NCBI GenBank assembly: GCA_039591655.1
Contig: JBDHDE010000065.1
Location: 1 to 13,395 of the forward strand
Length of the DNA stretch: 13,395 nt
Direction: 5' to 3'
Source of the DNA: Gemmatimonadota bacterium
GTDB lineage: Bacteria; Gemmatimonadota; Gemmatimonadetes; Gemmatimonadales; GWC2-71-9
A program made the translations under genes and the position numbers. Positions 1 through 6,888 of the stretch are shown piece by piece. The first letter of the stretch is position 1, and the number at the start of each line of letters is the position of its first letter. The notes beneath the pieces were generated by a model, which searched no databases, had not been told where the DNA came from, and was given only the letters and a program-made list of their open reading frames with translations.

Positions 1-257
1 CGTACGACCTGATCGAGGCCAACGAGGCGTTCGCCGTGCAGGCGCTCGCCGACGGCCGTGGTCTGGGCTGGGAGTGGGACCGGGTCAACGTGAACGGCGG
101 TGCCATTGCCCTGGGACACCCCATCGGGGCCAGCGGTGCGCGGATCTTCACCACGCTGCTGTACGCGATGAAGGACCGCGGCGCGAGCACCGGGCTCGCG
201 ACCCTGTGCCTCGGCGGTGGGAACGCGGTCGCCTTGAGTGTGGAGCTAGCTGCATGA
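1..257 (+). CDS. Acetyl-CoA C-acetyltransferase (thiolase), 3' fragment truncated by the window start
   Basis: The frame from position 3 reads [13 protein letters not shown]...[20 protein letters not shown]...[14 protein letters not shown]. It contains the thiolase NEAF, GHPxGxSG and C-terminal CxGGG motifs. Stop TGA 255-257. Confidence 0.95.
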   Translation, partial: YDLIEANEAFAVQALADGRGLGWEWDRVNVNGGAIALGHPIGASGARIFTTLLYAMKDRGASTGLATLCLGGGNAVALSVELAA

Positions 258-835
258 GAGAGAGCCGGATGGCGCACCTGACCATGACCCCGACCGTCGT
301 GGCGCGGCGGGCCTTAGCGATCCTGGCCGGCGCGCTCTTCGTAGCGCTGGCGGCCCAGGTGGCGGTTCCGCTGCCTGGCACCCCGGTGCCGGTCACCTTG
401 CAGGTCCCGGCGGTGCTCATTGTGGGCGGCCTCTTGGGGCCGCGCCTCGGGGCGGCGAGCATGGTAGTCTACCTCGCGCTGGGGGCGGCGGGCCTGCCGT
501 TCTTTGCGCCCACCGGTGTCCCGGGCGCAGCCCGGCTGTTCGGGCCCACGGGCGGCTATCTGCTGGCGCATCCGCTGGCACATCCGCTGGCAGCCGCCAT
601 CGTGGGGTTGGTGGTGCAGCGGGGACGGTCGTGGATCCGGATCGGGCTGGGCATGGTGGCGGGGGTCGCGGTGGTCCACATCGGTGGTGTGGCCCAGCTG
701 GCGATCATGACCGGTGACGTGGCCACGGCGTTTGCCTGGGGCTCGATGCCGTTCCTGTTGTTGGACTTACTTAAAGTGGTGGTCGCCGGGCTCATCGTCC
801 GGCGCTTCGCAGCGACGACGCGCGCGCTCCTCTGA
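254..835 (+). CDS. bioY: Biotin transporter BioY (ECF S-component)
   Basis: Hydrophobic protein of about 190 aa with [27 protein letters not shown] and C-terminal PFLLLDLLK (conserved D-x-x-K). ATG 254 overlaps the thiolase stop (ATGA). ATG 269 is an alternative start. Confidence 0.92.
   Translation: MRESRMAHLTMTPTVVARRALAILAGALFVALAAQVAVPLPGTPVPVTLQVPAVLIVGGLLGPRLGAASMVVYLALGAAGLPFFAPTGVPGAARLFGPTGGYLLAHPLAHPLAAAIVGLVVQRGRSWIRIGLGMVAGVAVVHIGGVAQLAIMTGDVATAFAWGSMPFLLLDLLKVVVAGLIVRRFAATTRALL
569..592 (+). repeat. Perfect 12-bp tandem duplication (CATCCGCTGGCA x2) inside bioY, in frame, encoding HPLA-HPLA
   Basis: Read directly: 569-580 and 581-592 are identical. Confidence 0.95.
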
Positions 836-846
836 GGGCGCGCGTC

Positions 847-1674
847 GTGTTTTCGGCCCTCGCCGCCCTGGTCGGCTTCTACCTGGCGGTGGTGCTCGTC
901 GCGTTGCCGCTGGTGGCTGCGATCCCCGATGGGTGGAAGGCTGGCCCTCTCGGGATCGTTGCCCAGTCGCTGCCAGTGTTGGCGGCGGGGATGTTGGTCA
1001 ACGTCCTCCTGGTGCGCCGCAGGTTGGCGAGCTGGGAGATGCTCGGGTGGCACGGGCGCTCCCGTGATCTCAAGGCCTTCGGGTTCGGCATGGGGGTCGG
1101 TGTCACCATGGCGGTCGGCGCGCTGCTGGTCGCGATCCTGGCCGGCGGCGCGGGGCTCGAGCTCAGCGGGGAGTCGCTGACCGCCTATCTGCCCGCGGCG
1201 GCCCGGCTGGGTATCGGGCTCGCGGTGGCAGCCCTGGCCGAGGAAGTGCTGTTCCGGGGCTACCCCTTGGCCCGGCTGGCGCAGCCGATGGGGAGAGTGG
1301 GAGCGAGCGTGGTATTGGCCGGGTTGTTCGCGGCGGTGCACCTCGGGAACCCCGAGGTGTCCCCGCTGGGGCTCGCGAATATCGGGCTCGCCTCGCTGGT
1401 GCTGAGTGCAGCGTTCTTCACTCCGGGAGGGCTCGCGGCGGCTTGGGGGCTGCACCTGGGGTGGAATGCGGGGCTCGGGTTGGGCGCCGATGCCCCCGTG
1501 AGCGGCATCGCGCTGGAGCTCCCCACGCTCGAGTTTCGGACGGGAGGGCCGTCCTGGGTGACGGGCGGCGCGTTCGGACCGGAAGGCGGCCTGGCCGCCA
1601 CGGTCATGATGGGACTGGCATTGATCTGGCTCAGCCGTCGGGTGGCGCGGGCCGGGAAGGGGGAGTCGACGTGA
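847..1674 (+). CDS. CPBP family (CAAX/Abi) intramembrane glutamic/metallo-endopeptidase
   Basis: Multi-TM protein with the CPBP motifs EEVLFRG, FAAVH and HLGWN, plus a C-terminal [10 protein letters not shown]. The start is uncertain: GTG 847, or in-frame CTG 832 overlapping the bioY stop. Confidence 0.9.
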   Translation: MFSALAALVGFYLAVVLVALPLVAAIPDGWKAGPLGIVAQSLPVLAAGMLVNVLLVRRRLASWEMLGWHGRSRDLKAFGFGMGVGVTMAVGALLVAILAGGAGLELSGESLTAYLPAAARLGIGLAVAALAEEVLFRGYPLARLAQPMGRVGASVVLAGLFAAVHLGNPEVSPLGLANIGLASLVLSAAFFTPGGLAAAWGLHLGWNAGLGLGADAPVSGIALELPTLEFRTGGPSWVTGGAFGPEGGLAATVMMGLALIWLSRRVARAGKGEST

Positions 1675-2516
1675 ACGGGATTGCGGTGGTTGGTGCCGGC
1701 ACCATGGGCAACGGAATAGCGCATGTCTTCGCGCAGCATGAATGGGACGTCACGCTGATCGACGTGGTCGAGAAGCAACTCGACAAGGCGTTGGCGACGA
1801 TCCAGAAGAACATGGACCGGCAGGTCAAGAAGGGCGCGCTCTCCGAGGGCGACCGGGATGCCGCGCTGAAGCGTATCACGAAGGCCGCGAAGCTCGAGGC
1901 CGCGGCCAAGGCGGACCTCATCGTAGAGGCCGCAACCGAGAACGCCGAGCTCAAGTTCGACATCTTCAAGAAGCTCGATCAGGTGGCGCCGAAGGGAGCG
2001 ATTCTCGCGACCAACACGTCCTCGATCTCCATTACCGAGATCGCGGCGCGCACCGGGCGGCCCGACAAGGTGATCGGGATGCACTTCATGAATCCGGTGC
2101 CGATGATGCAGCTGGTGGAGGTGATCCGGGGGCTGGGGACGTCGGACGAGACGATGGCTGCGGTCATGGAGATGGCGAAGGCACTGGGCAAGACACCGGT
2201 CGAGGCGAACGACTACCCGGGTTTCGTGGCGAACCGGGTGCTCTTGCCCATGATCAACGAGGCCGTCTATTGCGTGATGGAGGGCGTGGCGACCCCCGAG
2301 GCGGTGGACACTGTGATGAAGCTCGGAATGAACCACCCGATGGGACCGCTTGCGCTGGCGGACCTCATCGGGCTCGACGTCTGTCTCTCGATTCTGGAGG
2401 TGCTGCACAAGGGGCTTGGCGATCCCAAGTACCGGGCATGCCCCCTGCTGCGGAACAAGGTGGCCGCCGGGCATCTCGGCCGGAAGAGCGGCCGCGGGTT
2501 CTATGACTACAGCTGA
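1671..2516 (+). CDS. hbd: 3-hydroxybutyryl-CoA / 3-hydroxyacyl-CoA dehydrogenase
   Basis: Rossmann [30 protein letters not shown] (catalytic His), [25 protein letters not shown] 1671 overlaps the upstream TGA and follows a purine-rich RBS (GGGAAGGGGGAG). 281 aa. Confidence 0.93.
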   Translation: MNGIAVVGAGTMGNGIAHVFAQHEWDVTLIDVVEKQLDKALATIQKNMDRQVKKGALSEGDRDAALKRITKAAKLEAAAKADLIVEAATENAELKFDIFKKLDQVAPKGAILATNTSSISITEIAARTGRPDKVIGMHFMNPVPMMQLVEVIRGLGTSDETMAAVMEMAKALGKTPVEANDYPGFVANRVLLPMINEAVYCVMEGVATPEAVDTVMKLGMNHPMGPLALADLIGLDVCLSILEVLHKGLGDPKYRACPLLRNKVAAGHLGRKSGRGFYDYS

Positions 2517-3672
2517 ACCCCGGCTCTCTGCGATCGACGAGGAGAGCCGTGCGATCGTCGAGGCGGCACGGGAGTTCGCCCAGAACGAGATCGCACCACA
2601 CGCCGCCGAGTGGGATCACACCAAGACGTATCCCGCCGAGGTCATGCGGCAGCTTGGCGAGCTGGGGTTTCTGGGACTGAGGATTCCGCAAGCGTACGAG
2701 GGCCTGAGCCTCGACACTCTGACCTACATGATGGTCCTCGAGGAGATTGCGGCGGCGGATGCCACCGTCTCGATCTCCCTCTCGGTGCATAACTCCCTGC
2801 CGGTGACCATGTTGCTGGCCCACGGCACCGCAGAGCAGAAAGAGCTCTGGTTGCGGAAGATGGCGCGGGGCGAAGTCCTGGCCGCGTTCTCCCTGTCCGA
2901 GGCGGACAGCGGGTCGGATGCCGCCAGCATCCGGGCGCAGGCGGTGCGAGACGGGGACGGCTGGGTGCTGAGCGGCGAGAAGACGTGGGTCACGAACGGT
3001 GACACGGCGGGCCTCGTCGTGGTGATGGCACGCACCGATACGCCGCAGGAGCGGCGCGGGGCCCGGGGCATCTCGGCCTTCCTGGTGCCCACCGACGTCC
3101 CCGGCGTCGAGCCGGGGAGAGCCGAGGACAAGCTCGGGCTGCGGGCGTCTCGCACGACGAACTTGGGGCTTCAGGACGTGCGGCTCGGGCCGGAGCACTT
3201 GCTTGGGGAGGAGGGGCAGGGGTTTATTTACGCGCTCATGGCGCTGGAGAACGGGCGCATGGGGGTGGCGGCGCAGGCGGTTGGCATCGCCCGGGCGGCG
3301 CTGGAGCATAGCATTCGGTACTGCGATCAGCGGCACCAGTTCGAGCGGCCGCTCAGGGATTTTCAGGGGATGCAGTTCAAGCTCGCCGACATGGCCACCC
3401 GCCTCCAGGCGGCGCGCGCCCTCACGCACGAGGCGGCCCGCGCGAAGGACCGTGGCGAGCCGGTTACGGAGCTAGCGAGCATGGCCAAGCTGTTTGCCTC
3501 GGAGATGGCGATGTGGGTCACTACGCAGGCCGTGCAGGTCTTCGGGGGATATGGTTTCATGCGAGACTATCCAGTTGAACGGCTGTTTCGCGATGCAAAG
3601 GTGACTGAGATCTATGAAGGCACAAGTGAAATCCAGCGAGTCGTTGTTGCACGGGGGCTCTACACCGACTAG
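2503..3672 (+). CDS. Acyl-CoA dehydrogenase, short/branched-chain (butyryl-CoA DH-like) type
   Basis: [44 protein letters not shown] and [10 protein letters not shown] (catalytic Glu at the SCAD/MCAD position). ATG 2503 overlaps the hbd end by 14 bp. 389 aa. Confidence 0.93.
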   Translation: MTTAEPRLSAIDEESRAIVEAAREFAQNEIAPHAAEWDHTKTYPAEVMRQLGELGFLGLRIPQAYEGLSLDTLTYMMVLEEIAAADATVSISLSVHNSLPVTMLLAHGTAEQKELWLRKMARGEVLAAFSLSEADSGSDAASIRAQAVRDGDGWVLSGEKTWVTNGDTAGLVVVMARTDTPQERRGARGISAFLVPTDVPGVEPGRAEDKLGLRASRTTNLGLQDVRLGPEHLLGEEGQGFIYALMALENGRMGVAAQAVGIARAALEHSIRYCDQRHQFERPLRDFQGMQFKLADMATRLQAARALTHEAARAKDRGEPVTELASMAKLFASEMAMWVTTQAVQVFGGYGFMRDYPVERLFRDAKVTEIYEGTSEIQRVVVARGLYTD

Positions 3673-3703
3673 AGCCGAAATCACCAAATCACTGGACGAC
3701 GGT

Positions 3704-4750
3704 TTGTTCGAACTCATCGGCGAGCACCGGCACGAGCAAGTAAGCCTCTGGCACGAACCCGACATCGGGTATCGGGGCGTAGTCGCGATCCACAACACCA
3801 CGTTGGGTCCGGCCTTGGGCGGCACCCGGATGTGGGCCTATGAGAACGACCTCGAGGCCCTGATCGATGTGTTGCGGCTCTCCCGGGGCATGACCTATAA
3901 GGCGGCGGTCGCCGGCCTCAACTTGGGCGGCGGCAAGAGCGTCATCGTGGGCGACCCCGGCGCGAAGAACCGTGAGGAGATCTTCCGGGCCCATGGGCGC
4001 CACGTGCAGTCGATGTGCGGCCGCTACATCACTGCGGAGGACGTGGGCACCAGCCCGAGCGACATGGAGTTCGTCCGCCAGGAGACGGAGTACGTCGTGG
4101 GGCTCGCCGGCCGATCCGGCGATCCGTCGCCGGTGACGGCTCTCGGGGTGTACCGCGGCATGCAGGCCTGCGCCAAGAAGGCGTGGGGGAGCGACTCTCT
4201 GGCCGGCAAGACCGTCACCGTCCAGGGGGTGGGCCACGTTGGCTACTTCCTGTGCAAGCACCTCGATGAAGAGGGTGCGAAGCTGGTCGTGAGTGACATC
4301 CACGACGACCGGGTGAAGCGCGTGGTGAATGAGTTCGGCGCAACGGCTGTGGGGGCGGAAGAGATCTACGCCGCCGACGCCGATATCTTTGCACCGTGCG
4401 CATTGGGGGCCGTGATCAACGACGAGACGATCCCGATGCTCAAGGTGGAGATCGTGGCGGGCGCCGCCAACAACCAGCTCGACGAAGAGCGGCACGGCGA
4501 TGTGCTTCACGAGAAGGGTGTGCTGTACGCCCCCGATTATGCGATCAACGCGGGCGGCCTGATCAATGTGAACGCCGAGGTGGAGGGCTGGGACCTCGAG
4601 CGGTCGCATAAGAAGGCTTCCGAGATCTACGACACGATTCTCAAGATCGTGCAGATCGCCGGCGACAAGCGGATTCCGACGTACCGGGCTGCCGACAAGT
4701 TGGCAGAGGAGCGGATCGCCGAAGCCGGAATGAAGAAGAAGAAGAAATGA
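3704..4750 (+). CDS. Glu/Leu/Phe/Val dehydrogenase, leucine dehydrogenase-like
   Basis: [28 protein letters not shown] (catalytic Lys), [29 protein letters not shown]. The likely start is TTG 3704 ([13 protein letters not shown]), which matches the usual LeuDH N-terminus length. The ORF-track ATG 3614 lies inside the preceding gene. Confidence 0.92.
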   Translation: MFELIGEHRHEQVSLWHEPDIGYRGVVAIHNTTLGPALGGTRMWAYENDLEALIDVLRLSRGMTYKAAVAGLNLGGGKSVIVGDPGAKNREEIFRAHGRHVQSMCGRYITAEDVGTSPSDMEFVRQETEYVVGLAGRSGDPSPVTALGVYRGMQACAKKAWGSDSLAGKTVTVQGVGHVGYFLCKHLDEEGAKLVVSDIHDDRVKRVVNEFGATAVGAEEIYAADADIFAPCALGAVINDETIPMLKVEIVAGAANNQLDEERHGDVLHEKGVLYAPDYAINAGGLINVNAEVEGWDLERSHKKASEIYDTILKIVQIAGDKRIPTYRAADKLAEERIAEAGMKKKKK

Positions 4751-6015
4751 GTGAGGTGCGCGACCGCATGCAGCCACTGGATGCGGCTGATCCCGCCATC
4801 TGCGGGCTGATCACGCGCGAGATCGAGCGGCAGGAGAACGGTCTCGAGCTGATCGCCAGCGAGAACTTCGTCTCCCGGGCGGTATTGGAGGCGATGGGGT
4901 CGGTGCTCACCAACAAGTATGCCGAGGGATATCCCGGCCGGCGGTACTACGGCGGCTGTGAGGTCGTCGATGAGATCGAGCAGCTGGCTATTGACCGGGC
5001 GCTCGAGCTGTTCGCCGCCGAGCACGCCAACGTGCAGCCGCACAGCGGCGCGCAGGCCAACATGGCTGCCTACCTGGCGGTCCTCGAGCCCGGCGAGACC
5101 ATCATGGGGCTCAAGCTGCCCCACGGCGGCCATCTCACACACGGCGCGGCTGTCAATGCCAGCGGGCGCCTCTTCCACGCCGTGCAGTACGGTGTGGATG
5201 AAGAGACCGGCCGCATCGATCTGGATCAGGTCCGGGAGATTGCCCGGGCCGAGCGGCCCAGAGTGATCATCGCTGGTGGAAGCGCCTACCCGCGGAACAT
5301 CGACTTCGCCGGTTTCGCCGAGATTGCCCGGGATGTGGACGCCCGGCTCATGGTGGACATGGCCCACTTCGCCGGGCTCGTGGCAGGCGGGGTGTGCCCC
5401 TCGCCGGTGCCGCATGCCGATATCGTCACGAGCACGACGCACAAGACGCTGCGCGGGCCACGGGGCGGGTTCATCCTGTGCCGCGAGCCGTTTGCCAAGC
5501 CGGTGGACAAGCAGGTGTTCCCCGGCACGCAGGGAGGACCGCTGGAGCACGTGGTCGCGGCCAAGGCCGTGGCGTTTGCCGAGGCGCTCACGCCGGAATT
5601 CAAGGTGTACGCCGCCCAAGTCGTGAAGAACGCCCAGGCCATGGGCGAGACGCTCATCGGGCGGGGCTATCGGCTCGTGTCGGGCGGCACCGACACCCAC
5701 CTCCTGCTGGTGGACCTCCGCTCGGAGGAGTACACCGGGAAGGAGGCGGAGGAGGCGCTGGGGCGGGCCGGCATCCACGTCAACAAGAACACCGTCCCAG
5801 GTGATCCGCGCTCGCCGTTCGTCACCAGCGGTATCCGGATCGGGAGCTCAGCCCTCACCACGCGGGGGATGGCCGAGGAGGAGATGCGCCGCATCGCGGG
5901 GTTGATCGACGACGTGCTGCGGTCCAGGGACGATGCCACGGTCCAGCGCGTCGCCGGTGAGGTGCGGGATCTGGCGGCGGCGTTCCCGCTGTACTCCAGC
6001 CTGGCACGCATCTAG
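4747..6015 (+). CDS. glyA: Serine hydroxymethyltransferase
   Basis: [51 protein letters not shown] (PLP lysine), VNKN, SGIRIG. ATGA overlap with the upstream stop. Confidence 0.98.
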   Translation: MSEVRDRMQPLDAADPAICGLITREIERQENGLELIASENFVSRAVLEAMGSVLTNKYAEGYPGRRYYGGCEVVDEIEQLAIDRALELFAAEHANVQPHSGAQANMAAYLAVLEPGETIMGLKLPHGGHLTHGAAVNASGRLFHAVQYGVDEETGRIDLDQVREIARAERPRVIIAGGSAYPRNIDFAGFAEIARDVDARLMVDMAHFAGLVAGGVCPSPVPHADIVTSTTHKTLRGPRGGFILCREPFAKPVDKQVFPGTQGGPLEHVVAAKAVAFAEALTPEFKVYAAQVVKNAQAMGETLIGRGYRLVSGGTDTHLLLVDLRSEEYTGKEAEEALGRAGIHVNKNTVPGDPRSPFVTSGIRIGSSALTTRGMAEEEMRRIAGLIDDVLRSRDDATVQRVAGEVRDLAAAFPLYSSLARI

Positions 6016-6054
6016 CAGGGATCTCAGGGCGACCAGAGGACAGTCACGCGGCCC

Positions 6055-6083
6055 TTGCCGCTTGAGCAACCATTCTTCACCTT
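6055..6083 (+). promoter_or_regulatory. Candidate sigma70-type promoter TTGCCG-N17-CACCTT, implying a leaderless transcript for the 6090 gene
   Basis: -35-like TTGCCG 6055-6060, a 17-nt spacer and -10-like CACCTT 6078-6083. GTG 6090 follows after 6 nt and has no Shine-Dalgarno. Confidence 0.45.
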
Positions 6084-6089
6084 ACAGGC

Positions 6090-6488
6090 GTGTTTGAGCT
6101 ACAATTGGCTGCCGAGGTCACCGAGCGGATTCGCCGACTCGACGGGCGCTATCACGAGCGTGGATACCTGTTCGTGTTGGCGTCGCTGGAGTACTGCCAG
6201 CAGAAGCGGAGGGTGCGTGGGCACATCTCCGGTTCAGAGCTGGCAGAGTCGTGCCGCGAGTTCGCCCTGGAGCAGTTTGGGCTGACGGCCCGCACGGTGC
6301 TGTCGCACTGGGGCATCGAGTCCACGGAGGATATCGGCCGTATCGTGTTCGTGCTGATCGAGGTCGGCTTACTGATTCAGCATCCCAACGACCGGATCGA
6401 GGATTTCACCTCCGTATACGACTTCGCGCAGGCGTTCGAGGGTGACTACCCCTGGGGTGGGGTCGCTCGCGCGGATAGCCTCGGGTAG
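6090..6488 (+). CDS. Conserved hypothetical protein, Minf_1886 / TIGR04138-like family
   Basis: 132 aa. The pattern D.RY...Y.FV...L...HISG.EL...R.FALEQFG..AR.VL..WGI.ST.DIG.IVF.LI..GLL...DR.EDF..VYDF...F matches my recollection of this family. Function unknown. Confidence 0.8.
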   Translation: MFELQLAAEVTERIRRLDGRYHERGYLFVLASLEYCQQKRRVRGHISGSELAESCREFALEQFGLTARTVLSHWGIESTEDIGRIVFVLIEVGLLIQHPNDRIEDFTSVYDFAQAFEGDYPWGGVARADSLG

Positions 6489-6508
6489 GGTGTCGCAGCG
6501 CTCGGGCA

Positions 6509-6540
6509 GCGGCCTTCAGCCTGCCAGGGCTGAAGGCTGT
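6509..6540 (+). other. Strong intergenic stem-loop (possible terminator, processing or stabilising hairpin, or REP-like element)
   Basis: GCCTTCAGCC (6512-6521) is the exact reverse complement of GGCTGAAGGC (6528-6537), and the stem extends further with G-U and C-G pairs. No good poly-U tract follows. Confidence 0.7.
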
Positions 6541-6566
6541 AGGTTTCTGGGGAAGGGAGGAGCAGC

Positions 6567-6761
6567 ATGGTGGAGATCAACTGGCCTACGTGTCTCAAGT
6601 GCCAAAAAGGGGTGCTCATTCCGTTGTCCGACTACGGGCGTGACGGGGCTCCGATCAAGTACAAGGCGTGGGCCTGCACGAGTCCGGACTGCGGCTTCAA
6701 TATCCGGATCGACAACGGCGAGATCTCTTTCGGCCGCGTCATCGGCCAGAGCTTCAAGTAG
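6567..6761 (+). CDS. Small hypothetical protein with a putative C4 zinc ribbon (CxxC...CxxxxC)
   Basis: 64 aa with CLKC and CTSPDC. A strong RBS (GGAGG 6556-6560) lies 6 nt before ATG 6567. Third codon positions are GC-rich. Confidence 0.85.
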   Translation: MVEINWPTCLKCQKGVLIPLSDYGRDGAPIKYKAWACTSPDCGFNIRIDNGEISFGRVIGQSFK

Positions 6762-6843
6762 GCCAGCCCCCCGGGCCACAGCTTCCGTTCGCGGGCCTTC
6801 GGCGGTCGACGCTCGTCGGGTGTGACGGCTCATCACCTGCCGC

Positions 6844-6887
6844 GGGCCTTCCGATCGCCCGGGGCTGACGGCTGAAGGCTCTTCTTT
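6844..6887 (+). terminator. Possible intrinsic terminator-like hairpin directly upstream of nnr
   Basis: GGGCCTTC (6844-6851) can pair with GAAGGCTC (6874-6881) using one G-U, enclosing an imperfect inner stem. TTCTTT (6882-6887) follows. Confidence 0.35.
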
Positions 6888-6888
6888 G

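Noticed and set aside
74..253. N-terminal ORF-track extensions (74, 1443, 2350, 3614, 8346, 10893, 11653)
   Set aside because: Each runs inside the upstream gene. Family-like sequence starts only at the later starts, most of which coincide with stop/start overlaps or short gaps.
847..1674. CPBP/Abi protein as phage defence or bacteriocin immunity
   Set aside because: No bacteriocin, toxin or defence genes are nearby, and CPBP genes are widespread in housekeeping contexts.
6762..6888. Possible TPP riboswitch (thiL is downstream), or a hammerhead or SRP RNA on the minus strand (GUGAUGAG seen)
   Set aside because: The TPP CUGAGA signature is absent, the hammerhead CUGAUGA plus GAAA core is incomplete, and there is no SRP GGAAGGAAGCAGC motif.
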